Of a DNA stretch of 64,000 nucleotides, positions 17,623-26,633 are shown piece by piece. The notes below the pieces were generated by a model, which saw nothing but the letters and a program-made list of their open reading frames with translations, was not told the DNA's origin and searched no databases. The translations under genes and the position numbers were made by a program. Position 1 is the first letter of the stretch. Each line of letters starts with the position of its first letter. Location of the stretch: the NCBI GenBank assembly GCA_016187335.1, contig JACPJW010000001.1:288001-352000 (forward strand), given 5' to 3'. The DNA comes from Candidatus Aenigmatarchaeota archaeon. Lineage in GTDB: Archaea > Aenigmatarchaeota > Aenigmatarchaeia > GW2011-AR5.

Positions 17623-18066
17623 ATGAAAATCGCAATAGGCTCCGACCACGCCGGCTTCGCCCTGAAAGAAGCCTTGAAAAAGCATCTTGTCAAAGAAGGG
17701 CATTCCGTTGAGGATTTCGGCTGCGGCAGCGAAGAGCCTGTTGATTACCCTGATGTATCAAAAAAAGTTTCTCAAGCAGTTGCCGAAGGGAAATATGATT
17801 TCGGCATACTTCTGTGCGGTACAGGGATCGGCACGTCCATAACAGCGAATAAGGTCGTGGGGATACGGGCCGCTTTGTGCTATGACAAATACACCGCCGA
17901 GATGAGCAGGGCTCATAACGATGCAAACATCCTGACAGTTGGAGGCAGGACGACTTCTTTCAGCAGAGCAGCGGAAATAGTTGACACGTTCCTGAAGACG
18001 AAATTTGAAGGCGGCAGGCACGAAAGGCGCGTAAAAAAGATAAGAGAGATTGAAAAAAATGGTTAA
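17623..18066 (+). CDS. rpiB: Ribose-5-phosphate isomerase B
   Basis: GSDHAG, VDYPD, CGTGIG, HNDANIL, FEGGRHERR. Confidence 0.94.
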   Translation: MKIAIGSDHAGFALKEALKKHLVKEGHSVEDFGCGSEEPVDYPDVSKKVSQAVAEGKYDFGILLCGTGIGTSITANKVVGIRAALCYDKYTAEMSRAHNDANILTVGGRTTSFSRAAEIVDTFLKTKFEGGRHERRVKKIREIEKNG

Positions 18067-18694
18067 GGTCGGCGCATCAATACTTGACGCGGATTTCTCC
18101 ATCCTCGGGGAGGAAATAAGGAGATTGGAGAAAGCCGGGATTGATTTCATATCGTTTGACATAATGGACGGCCGTTTCGTCCCGAATCTGACTTTCGGTC
18201 CTGACCTGATTAAATCCCTCAGGGATAAAACGGGCCTGCCTTTTGAGGCGCATCTTATGGTGGAGAGCCCGGAAAAGTATATCGGCAGGCTTGTTGATGC
18301 AGGCGTTGACATCATAAATATTCACGCGGAAAGCCGCGGAAAAATAGAAGACGTGATAAAATCTATAAAGGCTGGAGACAAAAAAGCCGGCATTGCCATT
18401 AATCCGGGAACTCCTCCGGAATCAATAGGAAAATTTGTTGACGCAATAGACATGGTTCTCGTGATGGCAGTAGAGCCCGGGTTTTCCGGCCAGAAATTCA
18501 TCGACATGTCCGGTAAAATAAAATACCTGAGGGGTCTGGAAAAGGGATTTGACATATGCGTTGACGGGGGAATAAATGAAACGACAGCAAAGCAGGCTGC
18601 AGGCGCCGGGGCGACCATGGTCGTTTCGTCTTCGTACATTTTCAGCCATAAGGACTATTCAGAAGCCGTGAGAAAGCTGAAGACAGCCAGATGA
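18059..18694 (+). CDS. rpe: Ribulose-phosphate 3-epimerase
   Basis: DIMDGRFVPNLTFG, EAHLMV, MAVEPGFSGQKF, VDGGI. Confidence 0.92.
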   Translation: MVKVGASILDADFSILGEEIRRLEKAGIDFISFDIMDGRFVPNLTFGPDLIKSLRDKTGLPFEAHLMVESPEKYIGRLVDAGVDIINIHAESRGKIEDVIKSIKAGDKKAGIAINPGTPPESIGKFVDAIDMVLVMAVEPGFSGQKFIDMSGKIKYLRGLEKGFDICVDGGINETTAKQAAGAGATMVVSSSYIFSHKDYSEAVRKLKTAR

Positions 18695-18742
18695 TGCCCT
18701 GATGATATGCTCTAATAAAGACTATGATTGCAGATGATAGGT

Positions 18743-19669
18743 ATGCGTGTGTTGGTGACAGGCGGAACTGGCTTCATTGGCAGCAACATAGCGGAAGCCT
18801 TGGCCGGGAAAGGTCATGAAGTGGTTGTTCTTGATAATTTCTCCCTTGGAAGGAACGAGAATGTAAGGGAAATAACCGGCAATGTAGAGGTTGTAAACGG
18901 CGATATAAGGGACTTTGAACTGCTGAAAAAAATAACAGCGGGATGTGATGCCATACTTAACCAGGCGGCGGCTTCCTCTTCGCCGATGTTCCGCTCTGAC
19001 CTCCGCAGCGCCGTCGCCGTGAACGTTGACGGATTCGTGAATATACTTAATGCAGCCAGGATGAATGACGTAAAAAGATTGGTTTATGCTTCCAGCTCTT
19101 CCATATACGGCAACAGCGCCCCGCCGCTCCGCGAGGACATGCCTGTTGTCCCTGTTAATTTTTACGCCTCCACAAAGCTTCTCAACGAGCATCTTGCTGT
19201 CCTGTTCGGCGCAGAGTACGGAATAGAAACCGTGGGCTTCCGTTACATGTCCGTGTATGGAAAAAACGAGAAATCAAAAGGTATGTTTGCAAACCTCGTG
19301 ACGCAGTTCCTGTGGGCGATGATGGAAGGAAAGCAGCCGGAAATCTACGGCGACGGCGAGCAGACCAGGGATTTCACCTATGTCAGGGACGTTGTCCGCG
19401 CTAACGTTTTAGCATTGGAGTCAAGAAAGCGCCTTCTCGGCGAAGTCTTTAATGTAGGCACGGGAAAAGCGCACTCCCTGAACGAGCTCGTCGCAATCAT
19501 AAACAAAATCCTTGGCAAAAACATAAAGCCGAAATACGTTCCTGTGCCGGTGAAAAACTACATTGCAGTGCAGCAGGCTGACATAACGAAGATTTCAGCA
19601 GCCTTGGGCTACAGGCCTGAATACCCACTGGAATCAGGCATCAGGGACATGCTTCCGCATTATTCGTGA
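18743..19669 (+). CDS. NAD-dependent nucleotide-sugar epimerase/dehydratase (HldD/GalE-like SDR)
   Basis: GGTGFIG, YASSSSIYG, YASTK, FRYMSVYG, GDGEQTRDF. Confidence 0.88.
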   Translation: MRVLVTGGTGFIGSNIAEALAGKGHEVVVLDNFSLGRNENVREITGNVEVVNGDIRDFELLKKITAGCDAILNQAAASSSPMFRSDLRSAVAVNVDGFVNILNAARMNDVKRLVYASSSSIYGNSAPPLREDMPVVPVNFYASTKLLNEHLAVLFGAEYGIETVGFRYMSVYGKNEKSKGMFANLVTQFLWAMMEGKQPEIYGDGEQTRDFTYVRDVVRANVLALESRKRLLGEVFNVGTGKAHSLNELVAIINKILGKNIKPKYVPVPVKNYIAVQQADITKISAALGYRPEYPLESGIRDMLPHYS

Positions 19670-20301
19670 TTCTTCCTGCACAGGAACGTGAAATGGCAGC
19701 AATAGCGTTTTGGTATCCATTCCAGAAAGAACCGCGTGTTGTATTTATGCGCCTTTTCTATAACGAAATATTTTCCTATGATGCTGCGCCATTCTTCTTC
19801 CGTAGCCAGACGCTCGTTTATCTGGCCTTGGGTATTTATGCCGAGTATTTTATGCACCAGATACCGGGAATTCGGGACATGAATCAGTATTTTCGCTCCT
19901 TTCTTGGCAACGCGCCTCATCTCTTTCAGCGCTTTGTTGATGTCAACGAAATGTTCCAGGCTGCCCATGCATGTTATGTAGTCAAAGTATCCGGAAGGAA
20001 ACGGGATTTTTTCTGCCTCAGCTACCCTGAACTTTGATTTCCCTGAGATTTTCTCTGCCTTCTTTATCGCTTCCTTGCTTATGTCTACTCCGTACGTTTC
20101 CACGTATTTCTCCGCGGCAGCAAGCAGCGTTCCCTGCCCGCAGCCTACGTCAAGCAGTCTTGCGTTTTCTTTCTTCAGCCCGAGAATTTTAAGGGCCCGC
20201 CTGTTGAAATTGCTGCCGGATATATAACCGCCTTTTTCGTATATTCTGTCGTAGAACTTTCCTACTTTGTTTTTGCTTTTGGTTCTTATCCTTTCAATCA
20301 T
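19660..20301 (-). CDS. Class I SAM-dependent methyltransferase
   Basis: LLDVGCGQG, GVDIS, SLEH. Confidence 0.88.
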   Translation of the reverse strand: MIERIRTKSKNKVGKFYDRIYEKGGYISGSNFNRRALKILGLKKENARLLDVGCGQGTLLAAAEKYVETYGVDISKEAIKKAEKISGKSKFRVAEAEKIPFPSGYFDYITCMGSLEHFVDINKALKEMRRVAKKGAKILIHVPNSRYLVHKILGINTQGQINERLATEEEWRSIIGKYFVIEKAHKYNTRFFLEWIPKRYCCHFTFLCRKNHE

Positions 20302-21401
20302 GCTATTTCCTCGTAAATTTTATGCAGCTTTTTTACAACAATCTTGGTGTCAAAATTCTCTTTTACATGCGCCGAGCCTTCCCTGCCCATTTTTTCCGCT
20401 TCCTTGGAGTTGTCAAGAAGGTAATCTATTTTTTCTTTCATTTCATCCCATTTCCCGTAATCAACCAGAAATCCGCTTTTGCCGTTTCTGACAACTTCAG
20501 GAATGCCCCCTACATTGGTGGCAACAATGGCGCATCCGCAGGATTCCGCTTCCGCTATCACCCTGGAAAATGCCTCGTACTTTGAAGGCAGCATCATGAC
20601 CAAGGACCGCTGGTACCACTCGATGAGCCTTCCCAGCGGCAGGTTTTTCAGGAATTTCACGTTCCTGTTCCTGCTTAATTGCTCTATTTTAGGCAGCAGC
20701 GCATGCTGGTAAGGATTCCCTATGAAAACGAATTTTACATCGTCCCTTTCCTTGAGCAGCTGCCCTGCTATGTCCATTGCTGTATGGGCTCCTTTCTCAA
20801 AGAGCAGGTTGCTGACAAAAAGGACTGTCTTTTCCCTTTTTTTATTTGTTTTCTTTGGCCTGAACCTTCTCGTGTCAACTATGTTCGGCAGTATGTCCAT
20901 GTTGTCCTCGCGCCCGCCTATTCTCATCAGCATCCTTTTTTCGTATTCCGTGTGGGGCAGAACCCTGCCGGAAAATCTCAGCAGCGGCAGTCCCTGGGTT
21001 ATGTGATAGGCGGAGAACATCAGCCATCTTTTTCTGCCGTAAACCGGCGGATGGTAGTAAGGCCCGAAAACATGCGGCGTCTTTCTGAGCTTGGCCGCGA
21101 TAAGCCCTGCTGTCGCAGGGAAATATCCGTAGTGGTGCGAGTGGATGACGTCAAATTTTTCCCTGGCAACGGCCTTGATCATCTCCGCTGAAACGTAGTA
21201 GCTTTCCGTGATCTGCGTCTTTTTCGGCCTTGTTATTTCTATGCCGTCTATTTCCTCCTTTTCCTTGAGGCCGTGCATAAGCGGGGTGAATATCTTTACT
21301 TCATGCCCTTTCTTTGCAAGGTTTTCAGCAAGCTCCTTTGAGTAAAGCGCAGCCCCCATAAGTGCCGGATAGTATGCGGGTGTAACGAATGCGATCTTCA
21401 T
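20298..21401 (-). CDS. Glycosyltransferase family 4
   Basis: PSKYEAFSRVIAEAESCG, ATNVGGIPE. Confidence 0.9.
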   Translation of the reverse strand: MKIAFVTPAYYPALMGAALYSKELAENLAKKGHEVKIFTPLMHGLKEKEEIDGIEITRPKKTQITESYYVSAEMIKAVAREKFDVIHSHHYGYFPATAGLIAAKLRKTPHVFGPYYHPPVYGRKRWLMFSAYHITQGLPLLRFSGRVLPHTEYEKRMLMRIGGREDNMDILPNIVDTRRFRPKKTNKKREKTVLFVSNLLFEKGAHTAMDIAGQLLKERDDVKFVFIGNPYQHALLPKIEQLSRNRNVKFLKNLPLGRLIEWYQRSLVMMLPSKYEAFSRVIAEAESCGCAIVATNVGGIPEVVRNGKSGFLVDYGKWDEMKEKIDYLLDNSKEAEKMGREGSAHVKENFDTKIVVKKLHKIYEEIA

Positions 21402-21403
21402 GC

Positions 21404-22345
21404 TCAGCCACCGGAACGCTTAAAAATACTCTTCAAGCCTGCCATAATTCCCAGGAAATATGCGATTTCACGAACGAAAACAATCAAAATCATATGCGGA
21501 TAAAATACGAATTCTTTCGTTTTAACTATGTAAAGTAATGGCTTCGATAAAAAATAGAAAGCTGTAGTTGTTATCGTTGTTGTGATAAACCATGAATCTC
21601 CTTTTAGCAAATAAATAACCGATATTAGAAATAAAATTGTATAGAGAAATGTCAAAACATCGTACGCAGATATCATGTCCTTGTGCATCTTTATGAGCTC
21701 TATCTTCGCTTTTCCGTTCCTGTATATCTGCGTGAAGATGTCCTTGAGCGAGTTTCTTCTCTTGTGGTAAACGTAAAGAGCAGGGTCAAATTTCATCCTG
21801 AAGCCTTTTTTGAAGAGCCGGTGATGGAATTCCGGCTCCTGCAGTCCTGTTAGTGAGGGGTTAAAGCTTTCCTTTTCAAAAACCTTTTTCCTGTACGCGA
21901 TGTTGGCAGCCCTCAGCCTGTTTTTAGCCTTCTCGCCGTAGACGGCTGTTTTCATTATCCTTGCCTTGTCTATCTGGTAAGCGGCTTTCTGGAAGAACGA
22001 GGAGTTGTCGGGAAGTATGTCCTCGCCGCTTACGACGTCGATGTCCTCTTCAAACTCTTTTTCTATTTTTTCCAGCCAGTTCTCAGGCACTACGCAGTCG
22101 TCGTCTGTAAACGCCGCGATATCGCCTCTGGCTGATGATGCGCCGGCATCGTAGGCTCCCCCTATGGTTCCGTTTGTATCAAAAACCGCGCGGGCTCCGT
22201 ATTTTCCGGCAAGTTTTATGTTATTGTCTGATTTGCTGTCAAATACGACTATAATCTCCTTCGGCTTCCTGGTCTGCCTGCTCAGGCTTCTTAGGCAGTC
22301 TTCAAGGTCTGGGCTGCCTTTTGTAGGCACAACTACAGAAATCAT
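21404..22345 (-). CDS. Glycosyltransferase family 2 with C-terminal TM segments
   Basis: ISVVVPT, AFTDDD; hydrophobic, AT-rich C-terminus. Confidence 0.88.
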   Translation of the reverse strand: MISVVVPTKGSPDLEDCLRSLSRQTRKPKEIIVVFDSKSDNNIKLAGKYGARAVFDTNGTIGGAYDAGASSARGDIAAFTDDDCVVPENWLEKIEKEFEEDIDVVSGEDILPDNSSFFQKAAYQIDKARIMKTAVYGEKAKNRLRAANIAYRKKVFEKESFNPSLTGLQEPEFHHRLFKKGFRMKFDPALYVYHKRRNSLKDIFTQIYRNGKAKIELIKMHKDMISAYDVLTFLYTILFLISVIYLLKGDSWFITTTITTTAFYFLSKPLLYIVKTKEFVFYPHMILIVFVREIAYFLGIMAGLKSIFKRSGG

Positions 22346-22349
22346 TTGC

Positions 22350-23297
22350 TCACCCTTTATTCAGGAGGTTTTTGATTGATATCCTTATCGCTTCCTTTGA
22401 ATTGTGCCTTGGTTTCCATCCCAGCTTCCTTATTTTTCTCGTGTCCAGGAGAAAACGCGGCACGTCGCCGGGCCATCCCCTGTCCCCGCCCGTGTACCTG
22501 AACTTTACATTTTTCAGCCCCATTTCTTCTGTCACAATTGAAGCTATTTCATTGACTGTCAAAAAATCTTCCGGCCCGACGTTGTATATATTTAATTCGA
22601 CTTTGGACTTGTTCAGTGCGGTGATGATGCCTTCAATGCAGTCGTCTGCAAGAAGGTATGATTTGCTTTGCCTGCCGTTGCCGAGTATCTCGAGCTCTCC
22701 TTGATTCTGTTTCAGTTTTTCAATGAAATCCGTGAGAACTGTTTTTCCCTTCTTCCTGCTCTTGCCGCTTATGATATTTGCAAGCCTGAGAATCCATCCC
22801 TGCACGCCAAACATGCTGGAATAAGCGCCTATCATGGCTTCGCATGCCGCTTTGCTTGCGGCGTATAGGGATATAGGCCTTAACGGGTAATCCTCAGGCG
22901 TGGGTATCTTCCCGGCTTCGCCGTAAACGGATGAGGAAGACGTGAACACGATTTTCTTTACCCCGTTAACGCGCATGGCTTCCAGGACATTATAAGTTGC
23001 TATTGTGTTGAGGCGCAGGTCCTCGTCGGTGGGGTCGCCTTCCTTGTATTTTATGTCTGAGTTTGCCGCGAGATGAAAAACAATGTCGATGTTCTTGCAC
23101 GCGTCCCCTATCTGCTTCCTGTTGAGAAGGTCCGCCCGTATGAACCTGAATTTGCCGTTTTTAAGAAGTTCCTTCAGATGCTCCTGCTTGCCGCTGCTCA
23201 GGTTGTCAAAAACCGCGACTTCGTATCCGTCTTTAACCAGCCTTCCAGCCAGATCAGAACCTATGCAGCCCGCACCGCCGGTCACTAACGCGCGCAT
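22350..23297 (-). CDS. NAD-dependent epimerase (UDP-glucose 4-epimerase-like)
   Basis: TGGAGCIG, FHLAAN, FTSSSSVYG, YAASK, GWPGDVP. Confidence 0.9.
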   Translation of the reverse strand: MRALVTGGAGCIGSDLAGRLVKDGYEVAVFDNLSSGKQEHLKELLKNGKFRFIRADLLNRKQIGDACKNIDIVFHLAANSDIKYKEGDPTDEDLRLNTIATYNVLEAMRVNGVKKIVFTSSSSVYGEAGKIPTPEDYPLRPISLYAASKAACEAMIGAYSSMFGVQGWILRLANIISGKSRKKGKTVLTDFIEKLKQNQGELEILGNGRQSKSYLLADDCIEGIITALNKSKVELNIYNVGPEDFLTVNEIASIVTEEMGLKNVKFRYTGGDRGWPGDVPRFLLDTRKIRKLGWKPRHNSKEAIRISIKNLLNKG

Positions 23298-23356
23298 AAT
23301 TACCTTTAGATTCAATAATCGGATACCTTTAAAAAACGTCCGTTTTGAGAATAAAT

Positions 23357-24313
23357 ATGAGCCGCTTATTTGTCACAAACAGGCCCAATTATTGCCATAA
23401 AAAATTTGCCGAATCGGTGGGCTGCAGTTTTTATCACGTGAAGCACTTTATGCCCGAGAATATACCATTGCTGTCGCTGCCAGTAAACGGCATGCTGAAT
23501 TCCTTTTTTCTGGGAAACGCCGAAGTTTTTTTTGCGGAAAGCGTGATGGACTACTACCCGGTTTACTACAAGCATACTGGAGGCAAGAAAATCATCCTGA
23601 TAGCCGAGGACACTTTGTTCAAGCTTGGTTCAATGAACGGAATAAGGAAAAACTACATAATAAAACTGTTCAGGTCGGCTGACGGCTTCATGGCTGTTTC
23701 AGACTTGTGCAAAGACATGATTCTCGGTTATGCAGAAAAGCCCGTGAGAGTGGCTTACCCGTTTCCGCACAAGGAATTCTTCCATGTCCGCTCGGATATA
23801 AAGAGCAGGAAAATACTGTTCATAGGGCGCAATGACAAAACAAAGGGGTTCCCGGAGCTTGTTGATGCCGTGAAGATTTTAAGGAAAAGCGACCCCGGAT
23901 GGGAGCTGTTCTTGATCGGGGAATGCAGCAGGGCGGTGAAGAAGGAAGACGGCATACATCCCTTGGGATTTGTCAGGAACATCGAACCTTACATGAAATC
24001 GTGCGCGTATTACGTGCATCCGGCGCGTTTTGACCCGTGCCCTGCAACCGTTTTTGAAGCCATGAACGCCGGCATGATAACTGTAATATCGGATAACATC
24101 GGCCAGACCAGGATTTTCAGGGAAAACGGCCTGGGCGGCCTTGTACTGGACGACAACGCACCGGAAGCAATCGCGAAAAAACTGGATGAGCTTTCAGGGA
24201 AAGGCAACGTAAAACTGTCCCTTAAGTTAAGGAACCTTAGCAAGGAATACAGGGAAGATAGAATGATTAAAATATTCAAAAGGGAGTTTGAATCCCTTCT
24301 GGAAGAGGTGTGA
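23357..24313 (+). CDS. Glycosyltransferase family 4
   Basis: LFIGRNDKTKG, YVHPARFDPCPATVFEAM. Confidence 0.85.
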   Translation: MSRLFVTNRPNYCHKKFAESVGCSFYHVKHFMPENIPLLSLPVNGMLNSFFLGNAEVFFAESVMDYYPVYYKHTGGKKIILIAEDTLFKLGSMNGIRKNYIIKLFRSADGFMAVSDLCKDMILGYAEKPVRVAYPFPHKEFFHVRSDIKSRKILFIGRNDKTKGFPELVDAVKILRKSDPGWELFLIGECSRAVKKEDGIHPLGFVRNIEPYMKSCAYYVHPARFDPCPATVFEAMNAGMITVISDNIGQTRIFRENGLGGLVLDDNAPEAIAKKLDELSGKGNVKLSLKLRNLSKEYREDRMIKIFKREFESLLEEV

Positions 24314-25290
24314 ATCCTGTGACAACCCACGTTACGTACAGGCCTCATTATTGCGACAAAAGGTACGGGGAATACGTAGCCGACAGGATATACCACATGA
24401 GGCTTTTCAATATACCCAGAAACATCCCGGCCGTTTCAAACATAGTCATAGGCAGGATAAACTCATTCCTGCTGCCAAAGGATTCCGTATATCTGTGCAA
24501 CGGGGCGTTTGAGCTGTACCCGGTTTACTACAGGAAGCCTGGAGCGAAGGTCGTGACGATGATGAAGGAGCTCACTTTCTGGGCTTTTGATTCGATGCCA
24601 AGGTACAAGCAGGACTTTTTGAAAAAACTCTTCTCCGTCAACACTGGAATCATAACAGACACCGAAATGATGAAGGCGCTGATAGAAAGGCACATAGACG
24701 TCCGCATAGAAGTGGTGAATCCTTTCTGCGCGCAGCCGTTTCTTGAAAACAAGCCGGACCTTGAGGCGAAAAGGATTGCTTTCATAGGCTCTTTTGAATC
24801 TCCCAACAAAGGCTACAGTGAACTTCTGGATGCGTTCAAGCTGCTGAGGAAAGGCGATAAAGAATGGGAGCTCTACATGATAGGAAAGCGCGGGACAGAC
24901 TTTGTAAAGGAAAGTGTGGACGGGCTTCATGTGACAAACTTTGTGCCGTCGTTAAGGCCGTACCTGTCCAGATGCTCCATATACGTCCATCCGGCGCGTT
25001 TTGAGCCTTTCGGCATCAGCGTTTTGGAGGCCATGAGCGCCGGAGTCATCCCTGTTGTAACAAAGGCTACAGGGACTTCCGAGGTTCTGGAAAAAAACGG
25101 CCTGAAAAACCTTGTCATTGAAAGCAACAAACCTGGAGAAATCGTGTCGAAAATAAATGAAATACACAATTACAGCAAAGCCAGGAAAAAAGGCATTTCG
25201 GCAAAATGCAAGAAAATAATAAAGTGTGCGTATCTGGAAAAGGAAGGCCTGAAGGATTTCAAGAAGAAGTTCGTCCGCATCATACAGTGA
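24310..25290 (+). CDS. Glycosyltransferase family 4 (tandem paralog of the previous gene)
   Basis: GTG start overlapping the previous stop; YVHPARFEPFGISVLEAM; shares YPVYY with the previous gene. Confidence 0.87.
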   Translation: MNPVTTHVTYRPHYCDKRYGEYVADRIYHMRLFNIPRNIPAVSNIVIGRINSFLLPKDSVYLCNGAFELYPVYYRKPGAKVVTMMKELTFWAFDSMPRYKQDFLKKLFSVNTGIITDTEMMKALIERHIDVRIEVVNPFCAQPFLENKPDLEAKRIAFIGSFESPNKGYSELLDAFKLLRKGDKEWELYMIGKRGTDFVKESVDGLHVTNFVPSLRPYLSRCSIYVHPARFEPFGISVLEAMSAGVIPVVTKATGTSEVLEKNGLKNLVIESNKPGEIVSKINEIHNYSKARKKGISAKCKKIIKCAYLEKEGLKDFKKKFVRIIQ

Positions 25291-25311
25291 ACCAAATATT
25301 CCGTTGTATTG

Positions 25312-26601
25312 CTATAAATTAGCTTTAGGATTTGAGATGAATTCGTCAAAGCTTTCCCGGACGTACTTCATCTTCTCTTCGTTTATTCCGGGGTACACGC
25401 CGATGAAAAAGGAGTCGGTGAAGACCTTGTCGGAATTGGCCAGGCTTCCTGATGTCCTGAACTTGATTTTTGAATACGCCGAATGCCTCATTATGTTCCC
25501 GGCAAGGATGTATCTTGCCTCTATCTTCTTTTTGAAAAGAAAATCCATCAGCTGCTCTCTGGTGAAGAGTTTTTTCGCTTTCTCAGTCATCGTCAGCGGG
25601 AATGCAAACCATGACGGCTTTGCGCGGTTGTTGACCGTTCTTGGAAGAATGAAATAATCTTCATATTTTTTGAAAAACCTAAGAAGCAGTCCGAAATTTT
25701 CCTGCCTGATTTTGTTGAACTCGCCCAGTTTTCCCATCTGGACTATTCCTTTGGCTGCCTCAATTTCGCTGGCGTTAAAATTATATCCTATAGCTTCGTA
25801 AGTGTACTGCTGTATATAGTCGCTTCTTATCAGTCCCTGGTTAGGTATGTAATCAACGCTGGAATATTGCCTTCCCCAGTTTTTCAGGGACAGCGCCCTG
25901 ACGTAGAGTTCTTCGCTGTTCGTGATGAACATGCCGCCGCCCGCAGCCGAGATGTGATGGGAAGGGAAGAAAGAAAATGCCGCCGTATCGCCAAAAGTTC
26001 CCAGCATCCTGTTTCCGTAAAACGAGCCCAGCGCCTCGCAGCAGTCTTCCAGAAAAATCAGGTCGTGCTCTTCGACCAGATCCATTATCCTGTCCATGTC
26101 GGACATGTTGCCCAGAAGGTGCGGAATAATTATTGCCTTCGTTTTTTTAGTGACCGCGTTTTCCATCTGCTCGACATTTACATTGTATGTTCCTATGTCG
26201 CTGTCAGCAAGGACTATGTCCATTCCCTGCCTGATCGCCGGGTTTATTGTTGTAGGGAACGTCAGAGCCGGCGTGATTATCTCGCTTCCTTTTTCCAGCC
26301 CTAAGGATTCAAAAGCCAGGATCAGTGCAGACGATCCCGAATTGCAGAATATGGAATGCTTTGCATTAAAAAATTTCTCCATTATGTTTTCAAATTCTTT
26401 GGTCCGCCTGCCGTTAACCCACCATCCGTCAAGAACTGCGTTTATCATTTCAACCAGCTCTTTTTCGTCGTGCAGGGAGCCGCCGTAGCGAACAGGGGTA
26501 AGGCCGGGCTTGTTTGTTATTTCAAAATATTTCCTCGTTAAGTCGCCTATCTGCGACTTTATTTTTTCTGCTTCTGCATCGTTTTCTTTCTGTTCTTTCA
26601 T
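25312..26601 (-). CDS. PLP-dependent DegT/DnrJ family enzyme, RfbH/ColD-like 3-dehydratase
   Basis: NSGSSA, PHLLGN, EDCCEALG, SFFPSHHIS (His at the Schiff-base Lys position), GYNF. Confidence 0.85.
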   Translation of the reverse strand: MKEQKENDAEAEKIKSQIGDLTRKYFEITNKPGLTPVRYGGSLHDEKELVEMINAVLDGWWVNGRRTKEFENIMEKFFNAKHSIFCNSGSSALILAFESLGLEKGSEIITPALTFPTTINPAIRQGMDIVLADSDIGTYNVNVEQMENAVTKKTKAIIIPHLLGNMSDMDRIMDLVEEHDLIFLEDCCEALGSFYGNRMLGTFGDTAAFSFFPSHHISAAGGGMFITNSEELYVRALSLKNWGRQYSSVDYIPNQGLIRSDYIQQYTYEAIGYNFNASEIEAAKGIVQMGKLGEFNKIRQENFGLLLRFFKKYEDYFILPRTVNNRAKPSWFAFPLTMTEKAKKLFTREQLMDFLFKKKIEARYILAGNIMRHSAYSKIKFRTSGSLANSDKVFTDSFFIGVYPGINEEKMKYVRESFDEFISNPKANL

Positions 26602-26633
26602 TCTTATCGCCTTGCGGAATTATACCAATAATC

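Noticed and set aside
16968-18066. tpiA and rpiB as EryH/EryI of an erythritol catabolic pathway together with the EryC-like gene
   Set aside because: The TPI is ordinary archaeal type, both genes sit in the heptose operon 24 kb from the EryC-like gene, and no EryA kinase or EryB is present.
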